Origin: a virus
Lineage: Duplodnaviria > Caudoviricetes
Strand: one strand, 5' to 3'
Length of the DNA stretch: 64,000 nucleotides
IMG/VR virus record: IMGVR_UViG_3300048086_000013
Span: 53 to 64,052 of that record
Shown here: one piece after another, positions 56,290-64,000 of the stretch
Position numbering within the stretch: the stretch's first letter is position 1
Layout of the letters: every line of letters begins with the position of its first letter
Position numbers and translations under genes: made by a program
Notes under the pieces: generated by a model
Seen by the model: the letters and a program-made list of their open reading frames with translations, nothing else
Databases searched by the model: none
Told to the model about the DNA's origin: nothing

Positions 56290-56552
56290 TGGTTCGTCGA
56301 ACGCACAAGTACGCTGATGGCGGCAAGGTCGTGAAGGACTGGGGCGATGGTCGACCGAAAGTCGGACCTGCCGATCCGGCGACGCGGCGCAAGTTCCTCG
56401 ATCAGCGCCTGAGCGAGACCGAGCCGCTTCGTACGCGCGGGCCGGGCCAGACGCCCGCAGCAACACCGGCCGAGGGCGTCAGCCCTAACACCATGCGTCT
56501 GCTCAAGACACGTGGCGCCAAACTCAACAAAGCAATCGACGACAACTCGTAG
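56289..56552 (+). CDS. Small head-region protein, paralog of the next gene (YADGG motif)
   Basis: MVRRTHKYADGGKVVKD...LNKAIDD. Confidence 0.65.
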   Translation: MVRRTHKYADGGKVVKDWGDGRPKVGPADPATRRKFLDQRLSETEPLRTRGPGQTPAATPAEGVSPNTMRLLKTRGAKLNKAIDDNS

Positions 56553-56560
56553 GAGCAGAC

Positions 56561-56815
56561 ATGGTTCGCCGAGCACACAGTTACGCCGATGGTGGGAAGA
56601 TCGTGAAGGATCAGTCCGCCGAGTACGAACAGCCGACTTACATGGACGCGGTGAAAGATCGCGTCGGTGAGCTGTTCACGCGCAAGAAGAAAAAGGCGGC
56701 GCCCGCAGCTCCCGCAGCTCCCGCAGCTCCCGCGCCAGCCGCGAAACCGAAGTCCGTACTTCAGGGCGGACGCAAGGCGCAGCTCGATAAGGCCATCGAA
56801 GACGCCGGGGGCTAG
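56561..56815 (+). CDS. Small head-region protein, paralog of the previous gene (YADGG motif)
   Basis: MVRRAHSYADGGKIVKD...LDKAIED; AGGAG RBS. Confidence 0.7.
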   Translation: MVRRAHSYADGGKIVKDQSAEYEQPTYMDAVKDRVGELFTRKKKKAAPAAPAAPAAPAPAAKPKSVLQGGRKAQLDKAIEDAGG

Positions 56816-56877
56816 TAGTTGTAGGACCTTTCAGGATACGATTGTCAAGCGTTTCCGACACGTGGTAGGAGATCGAA

Positions 56878-57132
56878 ATGGGTATCAACGGTAAGTTCAT
56901 CGGTGACACGAAGGGCAACGCCAACCTGAAGCCGTGCTTGAGCGACGGCGGGATGGGCGGTGCGGGCGAGTCCCACTCGGGTGCTCCGTCATCCAAGTTC
57001 ATCGGCCCGACCAAGGGCAACACCGATCTGAAGATCGACCGCACGAGCGGTGTGAAGGCGGACATGGGCGGCGCCTACAAAGCAGGCCGCAACGGCAAGC
57101 CGTTCACCGGCAACACCGAAGGCCCGCCGTAA
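56878..57132 (+). CDS. Gly-rich small protein with an internal duplication
   Basis: KFIGDTKGNANLK / KFIGPTKGNTDLK; AGGAG RBS. Confidence 0.65.
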   Translation: MGINGKFIGDTKGNANLKPCLSDGGMGGAGESHSGAPSSKFIGPTKGNTDLKIDRTSGVKADMGGAYKAGRNGKPFTGNTEGPP

Positions 57133-57347
57133 TGGCCAAGCCAAAGAAGCTCATCGCAGAGAAGAATCTCTCCGGGCTCGGCGGCGTGGCGGATGTGTCG
57201 TTCGGCGATGCGACACCCGAGCGCCGCGCGCAACGTGACTTCAGCAAGGAAGGAATTCCCGAGCCGAACCACGATGCGTTCGACGACTACAACGAGCGCA
57301 TGGAGCGCTGGGATTCCGGCAAGTTCGGGATTCTGACGAATCGATGA
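57132..57347 (+). CDS. Hypothetical protein
   Basis: TAATG coupling. Confidence 0.55.
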   Translation: MAKPKKLIAEKNLSGLGGVADVSFGDATPERRAQRDFSKEGIPEPNHDAFDDYNERMERWDSGKFGILTNR

Positions 57348-57589
57348 AGACGAGCCCGCAAACTGTTCAGGCCATGGTGAACTTGCGGGCCAATCGCGAC
57401 TTCGAAGCATTCATTGGAGGTCTGAAGGAATACGAGGCTGAACTAACTACTCGCTGTGTCGACGGAAGTGGAGAAATCCAGCTCCGAGCGGCAGGCGGCG
57501 TGAAAGCGCTGCAAGCAGTGATCAAGGCGTTCGCCGATGCTCCTTCGACTCTCGTGAAAATGAAATCAACCCCACAACAGGTGAAGTGA
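57344..57589 (+). CDS. Hypothetical pre-scaffold protein
   Basis: 81 aa helical, ATGA coupled. Confidence 0.6.
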   Translation: MKTSPQTVQAMVNLRANRDFEAFIGGLKEYEAELTTRCVDGSGEIQLRAAGGVKALQAVIKAFADAPSTLVKMKSTPQQVK

Positions 57590-57597
57590 GAATACGC

Positions 57598-58725
57598 ATG
57601 AGCGCTCTCCCGAAAGCAGTCCAGCGACAGATCGACCAAGCTAACAAGGTGGCCGATTCCTACTACAAGACGTTGGCCGAAGGCGGACTCCCGCAGAAGC
57701 CAGCCGATGGAGAGGCCCCGCCTCCTGACGCCGCTGCTATCGCCGCAGCAGAAGCCGCCGCAGCAGCCGCTGCCGCCGCAGCCGCAGCTCCACCGCCTGA
57801 TGCAGCCGCCGCAGCAGCAGCCGCAGCCGCCGCGACTCAGCTTCCTCAGCAGGAGTGGGAGCAGAAGTACAAAGTTCTGCAAGGCAAGTACAACGCGGAA
57901 GTTCCGCGCTTGCAGAACACCGTCCGTACCCTCACCGAGCAGCAGCGCAACATGGCCGAACAACTTTCGGCCACGCAGACGTTGCTCGCCTCGCTTGGCA
58001 ATCAGCAGGCCGCGCCGCCTGCTGGCTCACAGCCGCGCACGCCTGCGCAGCCCGTGAGGCTTGTCAAAGACGAAGAGGTCAAGGAATTTGGTGCAGACCT
58101 GATTGATGTCAGTCGCCGTGTCGCACGAGAGGAAATCTCTGCGGCCGTGGAAGCTGAAGTCAATAAGCGTATGCAGCCAGTCACGCAGCAGGCAACTCAA
58201 GCAGCTCAGGTTGCTGCGGGAGCCGCACAGCGTGTCGCGCAGAATGACCGGCAGGTGGTCTTCGAAATGCTCGATGCACAGGTCCCCACTTGGACCGAGA
58301 TCAACAAGGACCAAGCGTTCCTTGAGTGGCTCGAACAGGTGGACCCGTACGCAGGGCATCGTCGGGGCGACTTGTTAGGGCAGGCGTTCAAGTCCAACAA
58401 CGGACCGCGCGTTGTTGCGTTCTTCAATGGATTCCTGAAGGAACACGCCATTGTGACTCCTCCGGCTCCGCCCGCTGCCGCCGCTGCCCCCGCAGCCGCT
58501 GCACCACAGGTGGCTCTGGAGAAACTCGTCACGCCCGGTCTACCAAAGACCGGAGCTGCTGGCACTCAAGATGGGTCTGGTAAGCGGGTTTGGACCCGCG
58601 CCGAAATCTCCAAGTTCTACGCAGACAAATCTGCCGGTCGGTTCAATTCCGATACCGGCAAGAAGAAAGCGGCGGACATGGAGGCTGACATCTTCGCGGC
58701 TCAGCGCGAAGGGCGCGTTCGCTAA
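57598..58725 (+). CDS. Capsid scaffolding protein
   Basis: WEQKYKVLQGKYNAEVPRL coiled coil, F..WL...DPY.G, C-terminal I..A.REGRVR; directly before the capsid gene. Confidence 0.75.
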   Translation: MSALPKAVQRQIDQANKVADSYYKTLAEGGLPQKPADGEAPPPDAAAIAAAEAAAAAAAAAAAAPPPDAAAAAAAAAAATQLPQQEWEQKYKVLQGKYNAEVPRLQNTVRTLTEQQRNMAEQLSATQTLLASLGNQQAAPPAGSQPRTPAQPVRLVKDEEVKEFGADLIDVSRRVAREEISAAVEAEVNKRMQPVTQQATQAAQVAAGAAQRVAQNDRQVVFEMLDAQVPTWTEINKDQAFLEWLEQVDPYAGHRRGDLLGQAFKSNNGPRVVAFFNGFLKEHAIVTPPAPPAAAAAPAAAAPQVALEKLVTPGLPKTGAAGTQDGSGKRVWTRAEISKFYADKSAGRFNSDTGKKKAADMEADIFAAQREGRVR

Positions 58726-58751
58726 CCTTTCTCTTCTAGGAGTTACAAGTC

Positions 58752-59747
58752 ATGCCGTTTCCCGTTACTGGCAGTTCCACTTGGGACGGCAACGTACGGT
58801 CGAACCCGACCCTCGTTGCTGGTGGATTCATTCCCGAAATCTGGTCGGGCAAGTTGCTCGAAAAGTTCTACGCGGCGACCGTTCTTGCGGCCATCGCGAA
58901 CACCGACTACGAAGGTGAGATCAAGAACAAGGGCGACACCGTGCACATTCGCACGCGTCCGACCATCACCATCGCTGACTACGAGGCCGAACAGGACCTC
59001 GCGATCCAGCGTCCGTCGAGCAACATGATCGATCTCTCCATCGATCAGGCGAAGTACTTCAACCTCGCACTCGATGACGTGATGGAAGTGCAGGCCGATC
59101 TCGATCTCATGAGCATGTGGGCGGAAGACGCCTCCGAGCAGATGAAGATCGCAATCGACACCGATGTGCTCGCCTATCTCGGCACGACCACGGACATCGC
59201 TGCGGCGAATCGTGGTGCGACCGCAGGCGCGCTGTCGGCCAGCATCCCGCTGGGCACCGCTGCCTCTCCCGTGTTCGTTGCGAAGTCCTCGCAGGGCACC
59301 GGTGTCGGTAACGACGTGTCGAACGACAAGTCGATCCTCGACTTCATCGTGGACGCGGGTCAGGTGCTCGACGAGCAGAACATCCCGGAAACGGGTCGTT
59401 GGATGGTCATCCCGGCGTGGGTCGCCTCGATGATCAAGAAGTCGGACCTGAAGGACGCCTCCCTCGCGGGTGACGGTACTTCGATCCTGCGCAACGGCCG
59501 TCTGGGCATGATCGACCGGTTCACGCTGTACCTGTCGAACCTGCTGCCGACGCTCGACTCGGCTGTGGACACCACGTCGGTGTTCTTCGGCACGAAGGCG
59601 GCGCTGACCTTCGCAGCGCAGTTCACCAAGATGGAGACGATTCGTTCGGAACGCTCCTTCTCCAACCTGCTCCGTGGCCTTCAGGTCTACGGTTTCCGGG
59701 TGGTGAACGGCGTGTCGATGGGTCGCGCAGTCATCGCGCGGGGCTGA
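58752..59747 (+). CDS. Major capsid protein
   Basis: FIPEIWSGKLL..FY, NTDYEGEI..KGDTVHI, VP..GRW.VIP, G.LG.IDRF, RG...YG motifs; strong terminator downstream. Confidence 0.9.
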   Translation: MPFPVTGSSTWDGNVRSNPTLVAGGFIPEIWSGKLLEKFYAATVLAAIANTDYEGEIKNKGDTVHIRTRPTITIADYEAEQDLAIQRPSSNMIDLSIDQAKYFNLALDDVMEVQADLDLMSMWAEDASEQMKIAIDTDVLAYLGTTTDIAAANRGATAGALSASIPLGTAASPVFVAKSSQGTGVGNDVSNDKSILDFIVDAGQVLDEQNIPETGRWMVIPAWVASMIKKSDLKDASLAGDGTSILRNGRLGMIDRFTLYLSNLLPTLDSAVDTTSVFFGTKAALTFAAQFTKMETIRSERSFSNLLRGLQVYGFRVVNGVSMGRAVIARG

Positions 59748-59762
59748 TCCCTGAAGTGACCT

Positions 59763-59795
59763 CCCCCTCCGGGCTAACTACCCGGAGGGGGTTTT
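59763..59795 (+). terminator. Rho-independent terminator after the capsid gene
   Basis: CCCCCTCCGGG-N7-CCCGGAGGGGG-TTTT. Confidence 0.85.
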
Positions 59796-59805
59796 CGGGG
59801 GTTTC

Positions 59806-60216
59806 ATGGCCAAGACTTGGCAGAATGTAGTCGACGAAGCGCGCGTAATCCTCCAAGACGTGGATACTGCGCAGCGCTATACCGACGTGATGCTTCTCGC
59901 GAAGCTGAACCGGGGGCTGCAAGAGCTTGCGCGCTTGCGGCCTGATGCTTTTTGGGAGTTCTTCAGCGTCGATGACGTGAAGGTCCCCGAAGTGGTGGTC
60001 ATTGATTCCGATCCGGACGATGAACCAGAAGAATTTGATGAGCTGGAAGACGCGCAGATCGCGACTTCCGCCAACTTCAATCTACCGATGATGTTCTATA
60101 CAGCGTTGGTGTACTGGGTCTCCGCCAGTGCCGAGCTGATCGACGACGAGTACACCGATGACGGGCGCACCGCGCTCCTCATGACACAGTTCAAAACGAT
60201 GGTGATCTCCCTGTGA
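59806..60216 (+). CDS. Head-tail adaptor-like virion protein
   Basis: V..AR.IL.D....RY.D..LL..LN......RLRPD pattern. Confidence 0.65.
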   Translation: MAKTWQNVVDEARVILQDVDTAQRYTDVMLLAKLNRGLQELARLRPDAFWEFFSVDDVKVPEVVVIDSDPDDEPEEFDELEDAQIATSANFNLPMMFYTALVYWVSASAELIDDEYTDDGRTALLMTQFKTMVISL

Positions 60217-60881
60217 GTACCGACAACATCACCGTCGAAGGTTCCGGCCACGAGTGCGACGTGAAGCTCGATACGTGGCTGCGCGACATGCTCGCCGTTA
60301 CACCGGGCTGTCTCCCCAAGGTCCGCAAGCGTGCGCTGATCCTCGCCTGCCGCGAGTTCTTCGAGCAGTCTGCAGCATGGCGCGCGACCATCGGCCCGCG
60401 AGCGCTGCTGGCTAACAAGAAGCGCTACTACATGTCGCCTTTCGACGCGTACGCGAACGTGGTGCGCGTGCTCGCGGTGGACTACAAGGGCACACCCCTC
60501 AAGATCGTCACGGCCCGCCCACCCGGCGTGGAGCCCAATGCGACGAACCCTATCTACGCGTTTCTCGAAGGCGCCGATCAGGTGCGCATCTGGCCGATGT
60601 CGAATGCGAACGTGGCCAACGCGCTGACCTTCTATGTGGCGCTGACCCCCAAACAAACAGTGACGCATCTGCCGCGCATTGCGGCGACGCACTTCTACGA
60701 CGCTATCTACGACGGCGCGCTCGGACGGTTGTTCTCTCAGCCAGCGAAGCCATACTCAAACCCCACGCTCGCCACGTACCACTTGAACCGGTTTCGGGCG
60801 GCGATTGGAAAGTACGCTGGAGCTGCAAAGGGCGGCTTTGCGAATGCGCCGTCGTGGGTCTTCCCCCGGTTCGGGAAGTGA
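60213..60881 (+). CDS. Putative tail adaptor/tubular protein
   Basis: ACREFFEQS..W, I..GAL.RL..P.KPYSNP.LA pattern. Confidence 0.65.
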   Translation: MSTDNITVEGSGHECDVKLDTWLRDMLAVTPGCLPKVRKRALILACREFFEQSAAWRATIGPRALLANKKRYYMSPFDAYANVVRVLAVDYKGTPLKIVTARPPGVEPNATNPIYAFLEGADQVRIWPMSNANVANALTFYVALTPKQTVTHLPRIAATHFYDAIYDGALGRLFSQPAKPYSNPTLATYHLNRFRAAIGKYAGAAKGGFANAPSWVFPRFGK

Positions 60882-60884
60882 TCG

Positions 60885-61298
60885 GTGGAAAGTCAGCTCT
60901 ATCCATTGGCGCGGGAACAGTTCGCGACTGCCCAACTTAGTTGGCTCACCGGCAACTGGCGGGCGCTGTTCCTGCCTGAAAGCTTCGTCGTTGACTTCGA
61001 CGAACATATCTACCTGAGCGATCTCTTCGAAGGCAGCCGCATTGCGATCAGCGAACTCATCGCCTCGCGCACGGCGACTGGCGGCGTGTGCAGCGGAGCG
61101 CCTATCAAGTTTCCGCTGTTGTTCGACACTCGGTTCATCACGCAGGCTGTGATCTTCAAGGATACGGGCGTCGAGTCCACAAGTTTGTTAGTTGCCTATG
61201 TTGGCGAAGAGGAACTCGTCACGGACCCGTTCAAGCCCATCGGGCTCAACTACTTCATCTATCCGAACGTCGCGGAAGCGGGGTTCTTTCGTCTATGA
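60885..61298 (+). CDS. Hypothetical virion protein
   Basis: 137 aa in the tail operon. Confidence 0.55.
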   Translation: MESQLYPLAREQFATAQLSWLTGNWRALFLPESFVVDFDEHIYLSDLFEGSRIAISELIASRTATGGVCSGAPIKFPLLFDTRFITQAVIFKDTGVESTSLLVAYVGEEELVTDPFKPIGLNYFIYPNVAEAGFFRL

Positions 61299-61549
61299 GC
61301 GGCCCAGTCCTCCTCAGCTTTTCGGGCGACATTCTCGGCGGGCCTGCCGTGAACCAGCTCGTGCTCAATGGGAATGACGGCGACGCCGCGCTCTATATTC
61401 CGGGCAATCTCGATGAACTGATTTTCGACCTGTTCATCGGAAGCAAACTCAACGCGAAAGAGATGGTATGCGGCGTCAAGCCTTCTCCCTCTCCGAAGGC
61501 GTGCAAGGTCGAGAATATCGTGCCCGTCTGCGACAAGGTGAAACCATGA
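61295..61549 (+). CDS. Hypothetical virion-region protein
   Basis: ATGA coupled on both sides. Confidence 0.45.
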   Translation: MSGPVLLSFSGDILGGPAVNQLVLNGNDGDAALYIPGNLDELIFDLFIGSKLNAKEMVCGVKPSPSPKACKVENIVPVCDKVKP

Positions 61550-61848
61550 TGATCGGACGCTACCGGCAACAGGCCGGGGAACGCCGCAAGCGCGGCGCTG
61601 ACTATGACGACTTCCTTGAAGAAGGAGAGTTGATCACCAACGTCACGCCGGTTGTTAGTCCGACTACGGATACGCCATTTGTCGTGGCAATTCAGGCCAT
61701 TGACTCGGGCGGCAAGAAGTTCACGTACTTCGGGCAGGGCGGCGAGAACGGGCAGACCTATTCGGTGCTGTTCAACATTACGACCAATGGTACCCAGCTC
61801 AAGAAGGACACCATTGAGTTCGACATCGAGGAGGATGACGGTGGCTAA
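61546..61848 (+). CDS. Putative fibre-attachment/adaptor protein
   Basis: DYDDFL..GE.I....V.......GG..G.TY.V...ITT pattern. Confidence 0.55.
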   Translation: MMIGRYRQQAGERRKRGADYDDFLEEGELITNVTPVVSPTTDTPFVVAIQAIDSGGKKFTYFGQGGENGQTYSVLFNITTNGTQLKKDTIEFDIEEDDGG

Positions 61849-62866
61849 GCAAAAGTTCTCCAACGGTGCCAGCTCGCTGCTCGCCAGCAGCATCAGTGAT
61901 ACCGACCTAGCTATTCAGGTCGCCGCTGGCTTCGGCGCGCTGTTCCCGAATCCCGGTGCGCAGGAATACTTCGTCGTCACGCTGGTGAATGCGGCTGGTG
62001 ATCGTGAAGTTGTAAAGATTACTTCGCGCACGACCGATATTCTCACGGTGCCGCCCGGTGGCCGTGGACAGGAGGGCACCAGCGCTTCTTCATGGACGGG
62101 TGGTTTGACTCGCGTCGAGTGCCGGATGACAGCGGGCTCGCTCGCGTTGTTCATTCAGCGTGGTGGCGACACCATGGAAGGCGACCTCGACATGGACGAT
62201 AACGAGTTGCAGAACGCAACCATTATCGAGCCGTCCATCCAAGGTGGTGAGTCTGTCGGTACGCCGATGCGCGGCGTGTCTGGTGACGCCTCAAACGAGC
62301 TTGCTGTCCCCGACGACGGCACGCGCGCCACGGCTGGCGGTGAACGGATCGTCGTCGAGAGCGACGTGGAGCTGATCAAGGAGACCGTGTTCGCGGTCGG
62401 TATGATCATGGACTGGTTCGGCGACGCCGCCGACTGTCCGGGCGGCTGGCACATCTGTAACGGTGCAGGTGGTACTCCGGACCTGCGAGGGTTGTTTGTT
62501 AGGGGCGCGACTCTTGACGCCGACATTGCAGCCGCAGCCGGTGGCTCTGCCACTGCTTCGGGAGACACAGGCGCTGCTGGCGGACTGGCGGAAGGAGTGT
62601 CCGGTTCGCACGTTCTAACCGTTCCGGAAATTCCGGCGCACACACACCCAATCTCGGCGCATGTGTTCATCGACGAAGCGGACAATGGCACGCCTATTCG
62701 GTACATCGTAGATGGCGGTGGGCCTATCAATACCGGCAGTACGGGTGGCGACGGTGGCCATACACACGTGCTCCCGGCTGTCGACAATCACACGCACAGT
62801 CTTTCGGCCGTGCCGATCATTCCGCCGTTCAAGTACCTCTACAAGATCATGTTCATCGGGTTCTAA
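61841..62866 (+). CDS. Tail fibre protein with a collar-like domain
   Basis: G.I.DW.G....CPGGWHICNG.GGTPDLRG.FVRGA, LTVPEIPAHTH, IPPFKYL..IM. Confidence 0.75.
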   Translation: MAKQKFSNGASSLLASSISDTDLAIQVAAGFGALFPNPGAQEYFVVTLVNAAGDREVVKITSRTTDILTVPPGGRGQEGTSASSWTGGLTRVECRMTAGSLALFIQRGGDTMEGDLDMDDNELQNATIIEPSIQGGESVGTPMRGVSGDASNELAVPDDGTRATAGGERIVVESDVELIKETVFAVGMIMDWFGDAADCPGGWHICNGAGGTPDLRGLFVRGATLDADIAAAAGGSATASGDTGAAGGLAEGVSGSHVLTVPEIPAHTHPISAHVFIDEADNGTPIRYIVDGGGPINTGSTGGDGGHTHVLPAVDNHTHSLSAVPIIPPFKYLYKIMFIGF

Positions 62867-63199
62867 ATGGCTGACTCACGACAGCACATGTTTACGAACA
62901 ACGCATCGTCGTCCCTTGCGGCGGCGATCAATGATTCGCAGACGACGATTACTCTGGAGACTGGTGAGGGAGATCGCTTCCCGGAACTCGTCGGCGCCCA
63001 GATTTTTGTGTTGACCGTGGTGAACCTGACAACTGGTGATCGCGAGATCATGAATGTAACGGCGCGGGTCAACGATACGCTCACGGTCGAGCGTGGCTGT
63101 GAGGACACCGATCCTGTGGAGTTCGCCGCTGGCGCGCTTGCGCAGTTGCGCGTGTCGGCGGATACCCTTCACTACTTTCAGGAGTTGTTAGGTGGCTGA
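62867..63199 (+). CDS. Tail protein consisting of the shared N-terminal domain only
   Basis: FTNNASSSL..AI...TTI....G..FP...EIM.VTAR..DTLTVERG.E.T. Confidence 0.65.
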   Translation: MADSRQHMFTNNASSSLAAAINDSQTTITLETGEGDRFPELVGAQIFVLTVVNLTTGDREIMNVTARVNDTLTVERGCEDTDPVEFAAGALAQLRVSADTLHYFQELLGG

Positions 63200-63908
63200 G
63201 GAGCGCCTCTTCAAGTTCACCAATGCTGGTGTAACCACGCTTTCGGCGGGCATCAACAACTCCGTGACCTCAATTTCGGTCACGAGCGGTGCAGTGCTGC
63301 CTGATCCTGCGGATGGTGAGATCGCGACGTTGGTCTTGCGCGACAACGCGAATTCCAAGTTCGAGATCATGAACATCACTGCGCGCACGGGGAACAATCT
63401 CACGGTCGAGCGCGGCGCGGAAGGCACCACTGCCGAAGCATGGGCCAACGGGACAAAAGTCGAGAATTCACTCACTGCTGCGTTCTTCATCAAGCTCGCG
63501 ACGCCGAGCGCAGCCATGTTCCGCACATCGAAGCCTTACCCGATCACTGTTCTCGAAGCTCTGGATGGCCTCGCAACTCTGAGGGGCGCGCAACCAAGCT
63601 ATAGTTTGGTGGGTGATGATCGGGCGGAAGCAGTCGACAATCTGGCTTCAATGCTCGAAGGTACCCTCGACGTGGTGCTTGTCACGTATAGCGACGGGGC
63701 GCCGGAGGCAATCGACAATACTGCCGAGATGCTATCTGGTGATCTCGACTCGGTGCTGGTCTCGTACGAAGATGGGCTGCCGGAGGCAATCGACAACTTT
63801 GGTTCGATGCTGTCAGGCGAACTCGATGTGGTTCTGGTGACATACCCGAACTCTCAAGTGGAAGCCATCGACAACACCGGCTCTATTCTTTCTGGAGACT
63901 TGACATGA
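63192..63908 (+). CDS. Tail protein with the shared N-terminal domain and 26-aa C-terminal repeats
   Basis: Same N-terminal domain; four EA(I/V)DN...ML.G.LD.VLV.Y repeats. Confidence 0.7.
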   Translation: MAEERLFKFTNAGVTTLSAGINNSVTSISVTSGAVLPDPADGEIATLVLRDNANSKFEIMNITARTGNNLTVERGAEGTTAEAWANGTKVENSLTAAFFIKLATPSAAMFRTSKPYPITVLEALDGLATLRGAQPSYSLVGDDRAEAVDNLASMLEGTLDVVLVTYSDGAPEAIDNTAEMLSGDLDSVLVSYEDGLPEAIDNFGSMLSGELDVVLVTYPNSQVEAIDNTGSILSGDLT

Positions 63909-64000
63909 ACACCATCGAGATTCAGCACCGCCTAGCAGGCTTTTTTAAGCTGGAGGCAGTCCGACCCGATGGCACCAAGCGCTTGTTAGCCGACTGGTTC
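63905..64000 (+). CDS. 5' part of the tail gene that continues at 1-870
   Basis: ATGA overlap, GGAG RBS, frame continuous through the terminal repeat. Confidence 0.8.
   Translation, partial: MNTIEIQHRLAGFFKLEAVRPDGTKRLLADWF
63926..64000. repeat. Terminal direct repeat copy 2 (identical to 1-75)
   Basis: Exact match to bases 1-75. Confidence 0.95.

Noticed and set aside
56701-56733. 9-bp tandem repeat CCCGCAGCT and Ala-rich tracts in the scaffold and SSB-like genes
   Set aside because: They encode ordinary Pro/Ala linkers
61841-64000. Diversity-generating retroelement acting on tail fibres
   Set aside because: No reverse transcriptase motif and no template/variable repeat pair differing at adenines was seen
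1-64000. tRNA, rRNA or tmRNA genes, introns and inteins
   Set aside because: No cloverleaf or T-loop signature was noticed in the few intergenic gaps; PolA, TerL and helicase lengths and motifs are uninterrupted

Overview
The window is an apparently complete genome (~63,925 bp) of a GC-rich, podovirus-like tailed dsDNA phage. Bases 1-75 are repeated exactly at 63926-64000, and one tail gene runs across that join. Layout: (i) + strand virion block: portal, scaffold, major capsid, adaptors and tail (53988-64000 and 1-5406), lysis (5460-6853), ejection proteins including a 2584-aa polyvalent protein (7366-18815), and FN3-like and HNH genes (to 20024). (ii) - strand replication block: primase-helicase, SSB-like protein, SNF2 helicase, VRR-NUC, exonuclease and PolA (20017-31596). 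(iii) - strand early block with an AAA ATPase/vWA-metallopeptidase module and many small genes (31885-43771). (iv) + strand small genes from leaderless-looking promoters (43953-46773), then an eight-gene sugar-activation, glycosyl- and methyltransferase cluster (46832-51755). (v) - strand terminase genes, divergent from the portal. I recognised no integrase, RNA polymerase, tRNA, CRISPR array or PurZ. Signals the gene list does not explain: a TGTTAG/TTGTTAG motif written roughly 100 times across the genome; nine copies of a 15-bp palindrome TCACACASTGTGTGA confined to the early block; a C-terminal MxxGTxA motif in five neighbouring early proteins next to the AAA/vWA module; a remnant copy of the capsid gene; and an ADGG motif shared by several predicted virion proteins. 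All product calls come from motif reading, not database searches.
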